From NCBI GenBank assembly GCA_900548795.1, contig URLT01000001.1:1-62146 (forward strand): 62,146 bases of DNA, given 5' to 3'. The stretch is from an uncultured Eubacteriales bacterium (lineage in GTDB: Bacteria; Bacillota; Clostridia; Oscillospirales; Oscillospiraceae). Position numbers and translations under genes: made by a program. The number at the start of each line of letters is the position of its first letter. The first letter of the stretch is position 1. Positions 27,753 to 38,704 of the stretch are shown here, in pieces. The notes under the pieces are model-generated. The model had not been told where the DNA came from and searched no databases. It saw nothing but the letters and a program-made list of their open reading frames with translations.

Positions 27753-28961
27753 TTATTTTGCTGCGTTCATCAGCAGGCGCTTGAGGATGCGCACGGCGGT
27801 CTGCATATCCTCGACCGGGATATACTCAAAACGGCCGTGGTAATTCTCGCCGCCCGTGAACAGGTTTGGGCAGGGAAGCCCCTCGTAGGAAAGACGCGCG
27901 CCGTCCGTGCCGCCGCGAATGGGCACGATCGCAGGGGTGACGCCCTCGTCGAGCATGGCCTGCTTCATCGCCTCGACGACGTGCATACACGGCTCGATCT
28001 TTTCGCGCATGTTATAGTAGCTGTCCTTGAGCCGAACCTCGACCGTGCCTTCGCCGTGCTTTCGGTTCAGATAGGCCGCTGCATCGGCAAAGAGCGCCTT
28101 TTTCTGCTCGAATTTGGCGCGGTCATGGTCGCGGATGATATATTCCAGCGTCGCCAGCTCCACCTCGCCGTGCATTTCGCACAGGTGGCTGAAGCCTTCG
28201 TAGCCCTCGGTGAATTCCGGGCGCTGCTGCACGGGCAGCATGGCGTGGAACTCCATGGCGATGTTCTGCGCATTGATCATGGTGTTTTTCGCGTCGCCGG
28301 GATGGACGTTGCGCCCGTGCACGGTGACCACGGCGGAGGCGGCGTTGAAATTCTCAAATTCCAGCTCGCCCAGTGTGCCGCCGTCGACGGTGAAGGCAAA
28401 GTCCGCGCCGAAGCGCTTGAGGTCGAAGCGGTCGGCGCCGCGGCCGATCTCCTCGTCGGGCGTGAAGCCGATGCGCAGGGTGGCGTGGGGCTTGCCCTCG
28501 GCCATCAGCTCCTCGGCGGCGGTCAGGATCTCGGCGATGCCGGCCTTGTCGTCCGCGCCGAGCAGCGTCGTGCCGTCGGTGACGATCAGATGCTTGCCGA
28601 CGCTGCGCTTGAGCTTCGGAAAATCTCGGTCGGACAGGACAATGCCCTTCTCCTCGTTGAGCACGATGTCGCCGCCCTCGTAGCGCACGGTACGCGGCTT
28701 GACGTCCTTGCCGGAGCAGTCCGGCGCGGTGTCCATATGCGCGATCAGGCCGATCACGGGCGCGCCCTTTGCGCCGGGAACGGTGCCGTAGACATAGCCG
28801 TCGGCGTCCATCTGCGCGTCGGCGATGCCCATGGCGAGCATTTCCTCGACCAGCGCCGCGCCGAGCCGCTTCTGCTTATCCGTGGAGGGGCAGGAGTCGC
28901 TCGATTCGTCGGACTGCGTGTCGAAGGAGACGTATTTCAAAAGACGTTCGGAGACGGTCAT
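27753..28961 (-). CDS. pepT: Peptidase T (tripeptide aminopeptidase)
   Basis: AHMDT, LLGADDKAG, FTPDEEIG, IRGGTDG, GGENYHG. Confidence 0.96.
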   Translation of the reverse strand: MTVSERLLKYVSFDTQSDESSDSCPSTDKQKRLGAALVEEMLAMGIADAQMDADGYVYGTVPGAKGAPVIGLIAHMDTAPDCSGKDVKPRTVRYEGGDIVLNEEKGIVLSDRDFPKLKRSVGKHLIVTDGTTLLGADDKAGIAEILTAAEELMAEGKPHATLRIGFTPDEEIGRGADRFDLKRFGADFAFTVDGGTLGELEFENFNAASAVVTVHGRNVHPGDAKNTMINAQNIAMEFHAMLPVQQRPEFTEGYEGFSHLCEMHGEVELATLEYIIRDHDRAKFEQKKALFADAAAYLNRKHGEGTVEVRLKDSYYNMREKIEPCMHVVEAMKQAMLDEGVTPAIVPIRGGTDGARLSYEGLPCPNLFTGGENYHGRFEYIPVEDMQTAVRILKRLLMNAAK

Positions 28962-28976
28962 GGCAGTTGCCCCCTC

Positions 28977-30173
28977 TTATTTGCAGAGCTCGGCGGTGTC
29001 CTGCGCGATCATCAGCTCTTCGTTGGTCGGGATGACCCAGACCTTCACGCGGGAATCGTCGGCGGAAATGAGGGCTTCCTCGCCGCGCACCTGATTGCGC
29101 TGCTCGTCGAGCTTGACGCCCATGAAGCCCAGCCCGTCGCAGACGGCAGCGCGAGTCGCCGGGCCGTTCTCGCCGACACCGGCCGTGAAGACGAGGCAGT
29201 CCAGCCCGCCCAGCGCGGCGGCATACGCGCCGACGTACTTCTTGACCTCGTAGCAGAACTTGTCCAGCGCCAGACGGCAGGCCTTGTCGCCCTTGGCGGC
29301 GCCCGCCTCGAGGTCGCGGAAGTCGGAGGAGCAGCCGTTCGACAGCGCCAGCACGCCGGACTTCTTGTTCAGCATGGTCAGGCACTCGTCGGCGCTCATG
29401 TTGTATTTATTCATGATGAACTGCGCGACGCAGGTGTCGATGTCGCCGGAGCGCGTGCCCATGGGCACGCCGGCCAACGGAGACAGACCCATGGAGGTGT
29501 CCTGACACTTGCCGTCGGCGACGGCGGACAGGGACGAGCCGTTGCCCAGATGGCAGACGACAATCTTCAGCTCGCTTGCGGGCTTGCCCATCAGCTCAAT
29601 GGCGCGCTTGGAGACGAAGCGGTGGGACGTGCCGTGGAAGCCGTAGCGGCGCAGGTGATCTTCTTCGTAATACTTGGTGGGTATGGCGTAGCGATAGGCC
29701 TTCGGGGGCATGGTCATGTGGAACGCGGTGTCGAACACGGCAACCTGCGGCTTGCCGGGCATGGCCTTCTCGCAGGCCTCGATGCCCATCAGGTTCGCCG
29801 GGTTATGGAGCGGGCCGAGGGGGATGCAGTCGCGAATGGCCTGCTTGCAGGCCTCGTCGATGATGCAGGAGGCGATGAACTTGTCGCCGCCGTGGAGCAC
29901 GCGATGGCCGACGGCGTCGATCTCGTCGGTGGAGCGGATCACGCCGAATTCCGGGTCGACCAAGATCGACAGCACGGCGTCGATGGCCTCGGCGTGGCTG
30001 GGCATGGGGATCTCGCGCTCGACCTTCGTTCCCTTGACGAGGTTCTTGTGCGTGAGGCGGCCGTCGATGTAAATGCGCTCACAAAGACCCTTGGCAGTGA
30101 CCTCGCCGGTATCCGGATCCATGAGCTGATACTTCAGCGACGAGCTGCCTGCGTTGATAACCAGAATTTTCAT
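28977..30173 (-). CDS. ackA: Acetate kinase
   Basis: MKILVINAGSSSLKYQ, GHRVLHGG, PLHNP, YGFHGTSH, HLGNG, PTNEE. Confidence 0.97.
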   Translation of the reverse strand: MKILVINAGSSSLKYQLMDPDTGEVTAKGLCERIYIDGRLTHKNLVKGTKVEREIPMPSHAEAIDAVLSILVDPEFGVIRSTDEIDAVGHRVLHGGDKFIASCIIDEACKQAIRDCIPLGPLHNPANLMGIEACEKAMPGKPQVAVFDTAFHMTMPPKAYRYAIPTKYYEEDHLRRYGFHGTSHRFVSKRAIELMGKPASELKIVVCHLGNGSSLSAVADGKCQDTSMGLSPLAGVPMGTRSGDIDTCVAQFIMNKYNMSADECLTMLNKKSGVLALSNGCSSDFRDLEAGAAKGDKACRLALDKFCYEVKKYVGAYAAALGGLDCLVFTAGVGENGPATRAAVCDGLGFMGVKLDEQRNQVRGEEALISADDSRVKVWVIPTNEELMIAQDTAELCK

Positions 30174-30305
30174 CTTGATTTCACTCCTGTTACGTTTTTG
30201 ATTTGCTTTTTTCAAATTCTGTGATAGGATACATACATACAATGTCTATTTTATCTCAATTCCTTGCCGCTGGCAAGTGCTTTTTTCGGAAAGAGGGGAG
30301 AATTC

Positions 30306-31466
30306 ATGAAAACCGTCGCCGTGATCTGCGAATATAACCCGTTTCACAACGGCCACGCGCATCAGCTCCGGCAAATGGCCGCCGTTGGAACGACCGTCTG
30401 TCTGATGAGCGGGAACTATGTGCAGCGCGGCGAGCCGGCGATCTGCGACAAGTGGACGCGCGCGCGGGCGGCGGCGCTCTGCGGCGCGGATCTGGTGCTC
30501 GAGCTTCCCGTTACCTATGCCCTGCGGTCGGCCGAGGGCTTTGCCGACGGCGGCGTGGAGCTGCTCGAGCGGCTCGGCTGCGTGGACGCGCTCTGCTTCG
30601 GCAGCGAGACGGGCAGCGCCGAGCGCGTGCACGCTGCGGCACGGCTGCTGCTTTCCGACGAATTTCCCGCCGCGCTGCGGCAGGAGCTTGCCGCGGGCGT
30701 GAGCTTCCCGACCGCGCGGCAGCGCGCCGTTTGCCGCCTGAACGGCGGGGAAGCGCCGCCCCTGACCGCGCCGAACGACATTTTGGCCGTGGAATACTGC
30801 AAGGCGCTGCTGCGCCGGGGCAGCGCCATTGAGCCGATGCTCATCCGCCGCGACGGGGATTATCACTGCGGGACGGATACAGCCGCTCCGTCCGCCTCCT
30901 ATCTGCGCGGGCAGGCGGACTGGACGGGCTATATTCCGCAGGCTGCGCTGGCGTGCTTCGCCGGTGCGCCGCGTTTTTCCGTCGAGGCCGGAGAGCGGGC
31001 GTGGCTGGCGCGGCTGCGCGGAATGACGCAGGAGGAATTTGCGGCGCTGCCCTTCGGCTCGGAGGGGCTGTGGCGACGCCTTATGCGGGCGTGCCGCACG
31101 CAGGAGCGACTTGCCGACATCGTCGAGGCGGCCAAGACCAAGCGCTATACGCGCACGCGTTTGATGCGGATGCTCCTGTGCGCCTATCTCGGCATCGACA
31201 CGGCGCTTCTTTATGCCGACGCGCCCTATGTCCGCGTGCTGGCCGCGAACGAGCGCGGGCAGGCTGTGCTCCGCCGCGCAAGAAAAAACGGCGCGCCGCT
31301 GCTGCACGCAGGCGAGCGCGCGCCTGCCTGCCCCTATGCCGAGCTGGAGCGCCGCGCCGACGATCTTTACGGTCTGTTTCACACCGGGGAACGATGTTAT
31401 GTCAACCAAGAACGAGAACGCCGGCTTTTTCTTGCGCCGATGCCTGCGGCGTCCGACGAAAAATAA
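30306..31466 (+). CDS. tmcAL: tRNA(Met) cytidine acetate ligase (HIGH nucleotidyltransferase)
   Basis: EYNPFHNGH, MSGNYVQRGEP, PNDILAVEY, SASYLR; divergent from ackA as commonly seen in Clostridia. Confidence 0.85.
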   Translation: MKTVAVICEYNPFHNGHAHQLRQMAAVGTTVCLMSGNYVQRGEPAICDKWTRARAAALCGADLVLELPVTYALRSAEGFADGGVELLERLGCVDALCFGSETGSAERVHAAARLLLSDEFPAALRQELAAGVSFPTARQRAVCRLNGGEAPPLTAPNDILAVEYCKALLRRGSAIEPMLIRRDGDYHCGTDTAAPSASYLRGQADWTGYIPQAALACFAGAPRFSVEAGERAWLARLRGMTQEEFAALPFGSEGLWRRLMRACRTQERLADIVEAAKTKRYTRTRLMRMLLCAYLGIDTALLYADAPYVRVLAANERGQAVLRRARKNGAPLLHAGERAPACPYAELERRADDLYGLFHTGERCYVNQERERRLFLAPMPAASDEK

Positions 31467-31497
31467 AGATTTTTCTGCAGCAATCGAAAAAAAATGC

Positions 31498-31526
31498 TTG
31501 CAATCCGGTGAAAAATGTGATACTAT
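31498..31526 (+). promoter_or_regulatory. SigA promoter of rpmE
   Basis: TTGCAA-17 nt-TACTAT with TGn. Confidence 0.6.
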
Positions 31527-31594
31527 ATCTGGGCGATTGAATACAAAGGGACTACTAAATCCCTGACGACGACTATAAGAAAGAGGTGAAAGCA

Positions 31595-31795
31595 ATGAAG
31601 GAAGGTATCCATCCGAAGTACGAACAGACTACAATCAGATGCGCGTGCGGCGAGATTATTGAGACCGGCTCCACGAAAAAGGACATCAAGGTTGAAATTT
31701 GCTCCAAGTGCCACCCTTTCTATACCGGCAAGCAGAAGCTGGTTGACACCGGTGGACGTGTTGACCGTTTCAACAAGAAGTTCGGTCTGAAGTAA
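31595..31795 (+). CDS. rpmE: 50S ribosomal protein L31 (zinc-binding type)
   Basis: [30 protein letters not shown]. Confidence 0.97.
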   Translation: MKEGIHPKYEQTTIRCACGEIIETGSTKKDIKVEICSKCHPFYTGKQKLVDTGGRVDRFNKKFGLK

Positions 31796-31874
31796 TGAGT
31801 AAAGTTCGCACCGCATCGGTGCGGACTTTTTTCATTATCTGTCGATTTTCGTCGACGCAGGACTGGAGATATTT

Positions 31875-33143
31875 ATGAATTTGAACGAACGTGTTACCAT
31901 CGAAAAGGCCGTTCTGGTCGGGCTGAACGCCGACTGCTTCCGCCCGGAGGAGACGGCTACCGAGGAATCCCTCGACGAGCTGGAGGCGCTTCTTGAGACG
32001 GCGGGCGGCGAATGCACAGCCAAGGTGCTGCAAAACCGCAAAACGCCCGACCCGCACAGCTTCATCGGCGAGGGCAAGGCGCAGGAGGTGCGCGAGCTGC
32101 TGGAGCATACCGGTGCGAATCTGGTCGTGTTCGACAACGACCTCTCGCCGTCGCAGATCCGGGCGCTTGAGGAGCTGACCGACGCGACGGTGCTCGACCG
32201 CAGCGCCCTGATCCTCGATATTTTTGCCCAGCGCGCCAAGACGGCCGAGGGTCGTCTGCAGGTCGAGCTGGCGCAGTATCAATACCTGCTGCCGAAGCTC
32301 TCCGGCATGGGCAAGTCCATGTCGCGGCTCGGCGGCGGCATCGGCACGCGCGGTCCCGGCGAGACGAAGCTCGAGACCGACCGGCGGCATATCCGCGAGC
32401 GCATCGACCGGCTCAAGACCGAGCTGGCCGAGGTGCGCAAGGTGCGCGGCGTGCAGCGCGAGCGCCGCATGAAGAACGCCGTGCCGGTCGTGGCACTGGT
32501 CGGCTATACCAATGCGGGGAAATCTACCCTGCTCAATCAGCTCACGGGCGCGGGCATCCCCGCCAACGACCGCCTGTTTGACACGCTGGACACGACCACG
32601 CGCCGCCTGCGTGTGTCCGACCATCTGGAGGTGCTGCTGTCGGACACCGTCGGCTTCATCGCGAAGCTTCCGCATCACCTCGTCGAGGCCTTCAAGGCCA
32701 CGCTCGAGGAGCTGCAATATGCCGACCTGCTGCTGCACGTGATCGACGCCTCCGATCCGCAGCGCGATGAGCACATTGCCGTGGTCGACCGTTTGATCGA
32801 GCAGCTTGCCAAGCCCGGCGTGCCGGTTTTGCGGTGCTACAACAAGGCTGATCTGCTCGATGACATCAGCGACTATCCGATTGGGGAGCGAAACATCCCC
32901 ATCTGCGCCCGCAGCGGCGTCGGCATGGATGAGCTGCTCACGCGCATCGAGCAGACGCTGCTCGGAGAGCTGCATGAGGTTACGCTGCTGCTGCCTTATG
33001 CGCAGGGCGGCGTGCTGGACGTGCTGCATCAGCAGGCACAGGTACATAACGTGGAATATACGGCGGAGGGGATCGTGGTTCAACTGACCTGCAAGGACGA
33101 GCTTTACCGCCGCTATCGGCAGTATGAGAGGGAGCACGGATGA
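31875..33143 (+). CDS. hflX: GTPase HflX
   Basis: GTRGPGETKLE, GYTNAGKST, DTVGFI, NKAD. Confidence 0.96.
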   Translation: MNLNERVTIEKAVLVGLNADCFRPEETATEESLDELEALLETAGGECTAKVLQNRKTPDPHSFIGEGKAQEVRELLEHTGANLVVFDNDLSPSQIRALEELTDATVLDRSALILDIFAQRAKTAEGRLQVELAQYQYLLPKLSGMGKSMSRLGGGIGTRGPGETKLETDRRHIRERIDRLKTELAEVRKVRGVQRERRMKNAVPVVALVGYTNAGKSTLLNQLTGAGIPANDRLFDTLDTTTRRLRVSDHLEVLLSDTVGFIAKLPHHLVEAFKATLEELQYADLLLHVIDASDPQRDEHIAVVDRLIEQLAKPGVPVLRCYNKADLLDDISDYPIGERNIPICARSGVGMDELLTRIEQTLLGELHEVTLLLPYAQGGVLDVLHQQAQVHNVEYTAEGIVVQLTCKDELYRRYRQYEREHG

Positions 33144-33775
33144 AGGAATATCTGGTTCCGACCCGAGACGCCGAGGCGGAGTTCGTCGAAAAGCGTTCGC
33201 GCTTCCTTTCCCACATCTTTTTGGTCAATACGGAGGAGGAGGCGCTGGCGCGGCTGAAGCAGATGCGCGAGACCTATTGGGACGCAACACATAACGTTTA
33301 TGCCTACATCATTCGCGACGGCGCAACGCGGTTTTCCGACGACGGCGAGCCGGGCGGAACGGCCGGTATGCCGGTTTTGCAGGTTTTGCAGCGCGAGGGA
33401 ATGTTCAACGTTCTCTGCGTCGTGACGCGTTATTTCGGCGGCACGCTGCTGGGGGCTGGCGGCCTCGTCCGCGCCTATGCGCACAGCGCCAAGCTCGGAC
33501 TCGACGCCGCAGGGCGCTCCGTCAAGCAGGTTTGGACGCGCGTCCTGCTGCCCATCCCCTATAGCTGGTATGAGCGCGTCAAGCTGGAGGTTCCCGCCTT
33601 CGGCGGCGTGATCGACCAAACCGACTTCGGCGCGGAGATCATGCTGGAGCTGCTGCTGCCGAAAAAGCAGACCGAGCCGTTTTTGAGCCGCATTTTTGAT
33701 CTCACGTCCGGCACCGTCGAGGGGATGCCGGGGGAGGACGAATACCGGGCATTCCCGGTTCAGCCGGAGGCCTGA
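33140..33775 (+). CDS. YigZ/IMPACT family protein
   Basis: ATHNVYAY, SDDGEPGGTAG, VTRYFGGTLLGAGGLVRAY. Confidence 0.93.
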   Translation: MKEYLVPTRDAEAEFVEKRSRFLSHIFLVNTEEEALARLKQMRETYWDATHNVYAYIIRDGATRFSDDGEPGGTAGMPVLQVLQREGMFNVLCVVTRYFGGTLLGAGGLVRAYAHSAKLGLDAAGRSVKQVWTRVLLPIPYSWYERVKLEVPAFGGVIDQTDFGAEIMLELLLPKKQTEPFLSRIFDLTSGTVEGMPGEDEYRAFPVQPEA

Positions 33776-33798
33776 GAGAAGAAAGGGCAGGGAGGAAC

Positions 33799-34815
33799 AT
33801 GACGATTCGCGAGGAGCTGGAACGCCGAGAGCATCTGTTTTTCGACCGGAGGGCGCAATTTTCCGACGCCTCAAGGGGCAGACCCCGCGAGGAGCCGCCC
33901 ACCCAGAACGATATGCGCACCTGCTATCAGCGCGATTCCGACCGCATTCTGCACAGCAAATCGTTTCGCCGCTTGATGCACAAGACGCAGGTCTTCCTCC
34001 AGCCGGAGGGCGACCATTACCGCACGCGCATGACGCATACGCTCGAGGTCGCGCGTATCGCGCGCACCATCACGCGCGCCCTGAGCCTGAACGAGGATCT
34101 TGCGGAGGCCATTGCCTTCGGGCACGATCTCGGGCACACGCCCTTCGGCCACGCCGGGGAGGTCGCGCTCAGCGAGGTGACGGGCAAGCCCTTCCGCCAC
34201 AACGAGCAGTCTCTGCGTGTGGTGGACATCCTCGAAAAGGACGGGCAGGGGCTGAACCTGACCTACGAGGTGCGTATGGGCATCCTCGGGCACAGCCGTC
34301 ACAGCCGTCTGCCGGAGACGCTTGAGGGGCAGATCGTCCGCAAGTCCGACCAGATCGCCTATATCAACCACGACATCGACGACGCCATGCGCGCCGGGAT
34401 CCTGACCGATTCCGACATTCCGCGCCAGATCGCGGACGTGCTGGGCAGCACCCACCGCGACCGCATCAACTCGCTCGTGACCAATATGATCGTGCATACG
34501 CTCCAAAGCGGTGAGCTTGGCATGGATCCCGAGGTCGACGCGACCATGGAGGCGCTGCGCGATTTCATGTTCGAGCGCGTCTATAAAAACCCCGTGGCCA
34601 AGGGAGAGGAGGTCAAGGCGCGGCGCATTTTGCAGGAGCTGTACACCTACTACATCAGTCATCCCGAGGCGCTCCCGGCAGACTTCCAGCCGCAGCTCAG
34701 CTTCGACGGCATGGAGCGCACGGTCTGCGATTATATCGCCGGAATGACCGACAAATACGCAATGTATAAATATGACGAGCTGTTCATTCCGCTTGCGTGG
34801 CAGGTGAGAGGATAA
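33799..34815 (+). CDS. dgt: Deoxyguanosinetriphosphate triphosphohydrolase-like HD protein
   Basis: FRRLMHKTQVF, RTRMTHTLEV, HDLGHTPFGHAGE, DYIAGMTD. Confidence 0.93.
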   Translation: MTIREELERREHLFFDRRAQFSDASRGRPREEPPTQNDMRTCYQRDSDRILHSKSFRRLMHKTQVFLQPEGDHYRTRMTHTLEVARIARTITRALSLNEDLAEAIAFGHDLGHTPFGHAGEVALSEVTGKPFRHNEQSLRVVDILEKDGQGLNLTYEVRMGILGHSRHSRLPETLEGQIVRKSDQIAYINHDIDDAMRAGILTDSDIPRQIADVLGSTHRDRINSLVTNMIVHTLQSGELGMDPEVDATMEALRDFMFERVYKNPVAKGEEVKARRILQELYTYYISHPEALPADFQPQLSFDGMERTVCDYIAGMTDKYAMYKYDELFIPLAWQVRG

Positions 34816-34830
34816 GAAGGAGGGGAGACC

Positions 34831-36582
34831 ATGGCGTTTTCGCCGGCTTTTTTGGACGAATTGAATCAAAGAAATCCGATCGAGGACGTCGTCGGGCAGT
34901 ATGTTGCGCTGACGCGGCGCGGCAGCAATCTCTTTGGCCTCTGCCCCTTCCACGGCGAAAAAACGCCGTCCTTTTCCGTTGCGCCGGACAAGGGGATCTT
35001 CTATTGCTTCGGCTGCCACAAGGGCGGCGGTGTTGTCAACTTCATCATGGAGATCGAAAACCTCAGTTATCCGGATGCGGTGCGATTTTTGGCCAAGCGC
35101 GCCGGGCTTGAGGTGCCGGAGGACAACGCCGAGCGCTCGCAGTACAAGAAAAAAGAGCGCCTGCTGGCGCTCTGTAAGGCGGCTGCGCGATTTTTCCACG
35201 AGCAGCTAAAAACGCCGCAGGCGCAGAAGGCGCGCGAATATGCGCAGCGGCGCGGCCTCTCGGCCGGGACGATCACGCGCTTCGGCCTTGGCTATGCGCC
35301 AAACGCGTGGGACAGCCTGATCCGCGCCATGACGGCGCTCGGCTTCGAAAAAAGCGAACTGCTTGAGGCCGGATTGGTGCTGGAAAAAAAGGACAAGGGC
35401 ACGTTTTACGACCGGTTTCGCAACCGCCTGATGTTCCCGATCATCGACGTGCGCAACAACGTGATCGGCTTCGGTGGCCGCGTGATGGACGACTCAGAGC
35501 CGAAATACCTGAATTCGTCCGAGACGATCCTCTTCAACAAGCGGCGGAATTTATTCGCGATGAACATCGCAAAAAAGAGCAAGGCCGGCTATATCATCCT
35601 GACCGAGGGCTATATGGACGCGATCGCCCTGCATCAGCACGGCTTTGACTGCGCCGTGGCCTCGCTTGGCACGTCGCTGACGCGCGAGCACGCTGACCTG
35701 CTCTCAAAATATACCAACGAGGTCGTTCTGACCTACGACGGCGACGCTGCCGGGCAGAACGCGACGCAGCGGGCGATCCCGATGCTCGAGAAGGTCGGCC
35801 TGCGCGTGAAGATCCTGCGGATGCGCGGGGCAAAGGATCCGGACGAATTTTTGAAAAAATACGGTGCCGACCGCTTCAAGCTCCTGCTTCGGGAGTGCGA
35901 AAATCAGGCGGAATATCGTCTGCGTTCGCTGCAAATGCGTTACGATCTGTCCGTTGACGAGCAAAAGGTGGAATTTGCCAAGGCTGCAGCGGAGCTTATT
36001 TCCAGCTATAGAACGTCGGTCGAGCGGGAAATCTACGCAACGAGAGCGGCGGAAATGGCCGGGCTGTCTCCTGAGGTTATGAAGCTCGACGTTGCTGCGG
36101 CGCTGAAAAAGCGCACGTTCAGGCAGAAAAAGGAGCAGGAGCGGCGGGATCTGGAAATCGCTGTGAATCGGCAGCCGAAGAGTCGCGAAATTCGCTATGA
36201 CAACCTCCGCTCGGCGATCGCCGAGGAGGATATCCTCAGATTGCTTCTGCGCGAGCCGGTGCTGTTCGACCGAGCGGAGGAGCTGAAGGCCGAGGATTTC
36301 TCCGTGCCGATGTTCGGGCGCGCGTTCGCGGCGCTGCGCGAGCGCTGGCGGCACGATCTGGCTGTTTCGCCGGGCGCGCTGAGCGAGGTGCTCTCACCTG
36401 CGGAAATGGCGCATTTGACGTCGATCCTGCAAAAAACGGACGCGCCGATCTCCGAGCAGGCGATGGACGACTGCCTGCAGATCCTGCGCGAGGAGCGCGT
36501 CAAACAGAATACGGTCGATGCCGAGTTGCTTTTGAAAATGCAGGAGCAGCTCCGCAGGAAAAAAGGTTATGGAGGTACATAA
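34831..36582 (+). CDS. dnaG: DNA primase
   Basis: [15 protein letters not shown] zinc finger, PKYLNS, EGYMD, YDGDAAG, KDPDE. Confidence 0.97.
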   Translation: MAFSPAFLDELNQRNPIEDVVGQYVALTRRGSNLFGLCPFHGEKTPSFSVAPDKGIFYCFGCHKGGGVVNFIMEIENLSYPDAVRFLAKRAGLEVPEDNAERSQYKKKERLLALCKAAARFFHEQLKTPQAQKAREYAQRRGLSAGTITRFGLGYAPNAWDSLIRAMTALGFEKSELLEAGLVLEKKDKGTFYDRFRNRLMFPIIDVRNNVIGFGGRVMDDSEPKYLNSSETILFNKRRNLFAMNIAKKSKAGYIILTEGYMDAIALHQHGFDCAVASLGTSLTREHADLLSKYTNEVVLTYDGDAAGQNATQRAIPMLEKVGLRVKILRMRGAKDPDEFLKKYGADRFKLLLRECENQAEYRLRSLQMRYDLSVDEQKVEFAKAAAELISSYRTSVEREIYATRAAEMAGLSPEVMKLDVAAALKKRTFRQKKEQERRDLEIAVNRQPKSREIRYDNLRSAIAEEDILRLLLREPVLFDRAEELKAEDFSVPMFGRAFAALRERWRHDLAVSPGALSEVLSPAEMAHLTSILQKTDAPISEQAMDDCLQILREERVKQNTVDAELLLKMQEQLRRKKGYGGT

Positions 36583-36583
36583 C

Positions 36584-37729
36584 ATGGAAGAACGGAAACA
36601 GATCGAACAGTCCGGCGCCGAGGATAAGCTGCACGAGAAGCTCCGTCAGCTCCTTGAGAAGGGAAAAAAGGAGAAGAAGCTGACCTCCGCTGAGCTGATC
36701 GACGCGCTCGACTCCATCGACGCCGACGAGAAGCAGACCGACATGATCTATGACGCGCTGGAGGCTGCCGGGATCGAGATCGACGTCAGCGACGTGGTGC
36801 AGCTTCTTCAAAAGCCGGAGGAGCTTTCCCCGAGCGCCGAGGAGCTGAAGCTGGTCGAGGAGGAGAAGCTGCTCGACACCGAGGAGATCTCCGAGACGAT
36901 GAGCGTGAACGACCCGGTTCGTATGTACCTCAAGGAGATCGGGAAAATTCCGCTGCTGACCACCGAGCAGGAGCAGGAGCTGGCCGCCAAGCTGGCCGAC
37001 GGCGACGAGGCGGCCTATGACCGGATGATCGAGTCGAATCTGCGGCTCGTCGTCTCGATCGCCAAGCGTTATGTCGGGCGCGGACTGCCCTTCCTCGATC
37101 TGATCCAAGAGGGGAATCTCGGCCTCATCAAGGCCGTCGGAAAATTTGACCACACCAAGGGTTATAAATTCTCCACCTATGCCACGTGGTGGATCCGTCA
37201 GTCCATCTCGCGCGCAATTGCCGACCACGCGCGCACCATTCGCATTCCGGTGCACATGGTCGAGACGATCAACCGCGTCGCCCGCGCCAATCATGAGCTT
37301 TTGCAAGAGCTCGGGCGCGACCCGACGCCCGAGGAGATCGCGCATCGACTCCAGCTTCCGCTGGAAAAGGTCGAGGAGATCCTCTGCATGTCGCAAGATC
37401 CGATCTCTCTGGAGACGCCGGTCGGCGAGGAGGACGACAGCCACCTCGGCGATTTCATCCCCGACGAGGAGGCCTATGAGCCGGCTGATGCCGCTGCCTT
37501 TGCGCTGCTTCGCGAGCAGCTTGCGGGTGTGCTCAAGACGCTGACGCCGCGCGAGGAGAAGGTGCTCTGCCTCCGCTACGGCCTGACGGACGGGAAAATG
37601 CACACGCTGGAGGAGGTTGGCGAGGAATTCAACGTGACGCGAGAGAGAATCCGTCAAATTGAGGCCAAGGCGCTCAGAAAGCTGCGCCACCCGTCCCGCT
37701 CTAAGGTGCTGCGAGACTTCCTGAATTGA
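36584..37729 (+). CDS. rpoD: Primary RNA polymerase sigma factor
   Basis: [43 protein letters not shown]. Confidence 0.96.
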   Translation: MEERKQIEQSGAEDKLHEKLRQLLEKGKKEKKLTSAELIDALDSIDADEKQTDMIYDALEAAGIEIDVSDVVQLLQKPEELSPSAEELKLVEEEKLLDTEEISETMSVNDPVRMYLKEIGKIPLLTTEQEQELAAKLADGDEAAYDRMIESNLRLVVSIAKRYVGRGLPFLDLIQEGNLGLIKAVGKFDHTKGYKFSTYATWWIRQSISRAIADHARTIRIPVHMVETINRVARANHELLQELGRDPTPEEIAHRLQLPLEKVEEILCMSQDPISLETPVGEEDDSHLGDFIPDEEAYEPADAAAFALLREQLAGVLKTLTPREEKVLCLRYGLTDGKMHTLEEVGEEFNVTRERIRQIEAKALRKLRHPSRSKVLRDFLN

Positions 37730-37858
37730 GACTTCTGTGCAAAATGTCCAAAATGTCTGAATCATATGAATTTCCTCTTGACATTGGCCGAAAAAACTGT
37801 ATCATAGTTGTAGAACTTTTTTCGGAAGCAATTTCCGAAATCGGGGGAAGAGAAACAT

Positions 37859-38095
37859 ATGTACGACAGAATCAGAACCTATCTTTCCGAGCAGCTTGAC
37901 ATTCCCGTCGAGGAAATGTCCCGCGACACCACCTTTGACAGCCTGCATCTTGACTCTCTGGACATGGTCGAAATGATGATGGACATGGAGGAGGAGTTGG
38001 GTGTCGATTTCGAGATGGAAGGCGAGACGGACATCACCACGATCGGCGCGTTGGCCGACTATATTGACGACAAGCTGGCCGAGCTGGATCAGTAA
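37859..38095 (+). CDS. Acyl carrier protein (stand-alone)
   Basis: Acidic 78 aa with LDSLDMVE phosphopantetheine motif; upstream TTGACA-16 nt-TATCAT. Confidence 0.85.
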   Translation: MYDRIRTYLSEQLDIPVEEMSRDTTFDSLHLDSLDMVEMMMDMEEELGVDFEMEGETDITTIGALADYIDDKLAELDQ

Positions 38096-38135
38096 GACCG
38101 AGCTGTCGCCCCGGCCCTGCGCCGGATAAAACAAC

Positions 38136-38285
38136 GGAATCTCTGAGCCGGTCGCCGTCGGCTGAGCAGCAGATTTTTGCAGCTCCGTGCAGCTTCAAAA
38201 GCGGGCAGACCTTCTTCGCTTATGAAGTGCTCAGCCGGAGAAGCAATTCTCGCTTGCGGCTCTCGTCGAGCTGATCAGAGCTTCC
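38136..38285. mobile_element. 150-bp degenerate MITE (type C) with IS5-like ends
   Basis: Left end GGAATCTCTGAGCCGGTCGCCG, right end CGTCGAGCTGATCAGAGCTTCC; interior unrelated to type A. Confidence 0.55.
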
Positions 38286-38325
38286 AGAATAATCGGAGAA
38301 TTCATCCGGGCTTCGGCCTGTGGCA

Positions 38326-38596
38326 AGGTCGCACTAGTTGGGGAGATAGCGGTGCCCTGTGACCTGCAATCCGCTATAGCAGGAATGAATTCCCGCACGA
38401 GGGCTTGTGCTGTGCCGTCTGTCCGTGTAAGCGGTGTTGAGGGATCGGTCTCGCGCAACGACCTCCCGTGAACCATGTCAGGCGGGGAACCGAGCAGCAT
38501 TAAGCGGATCGGGCCGTGTGCCGTGAGGCAGCCGTTTCTGAGCTGGCTGCATGGGAAACGGGTATGGTATCAGGTTCAGATGCGGGTGTGCGATCT
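38326..38596 (+). ncRNA. ffs: Signal recognition particle RNA, large (Alu-containing) bacterial type
   Basis: Bacillus-like Alu start GGGGAGATAGCGGTGCCCTGTGACCTGCAATCCGCT; helix 8 GAACCATGTCAGGCGG-GGAA-CCGAGCAGCATTAAG; paired 5' and 3' ends; ends approximate. Confidence 0.92.
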
Positions 38597-38616
38597 TGCC
38601 ATGGGTCGAAGAACGG

Positions 38617-38662
38617 AAAAACCGAACGGACGTCGTTGAATTGCGACGTCCGTTCGGTTTTC
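38617..38662. terminator. Terminator between ffs and the convergent permease
   Basis: AAAACCGAACGGACGTCG...CGACGTCCGTTCGGTTTT. Confidence 0.8.
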
Positions 38663-38678
38663 TGCTTATGAAAAAATA

Positions 38679-38704
38679 TAATCAAGAATCAGTATCAGGT
38701 GTCC
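38679..38704. repeat. Half copy of the type B palindromic element overlapping the permease stop codon
   Basis: TAATCAAGAATCAGTATCAGGTGTCC; TCA at 38695-38697 is the permease TGA. Confidence 0.7.
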
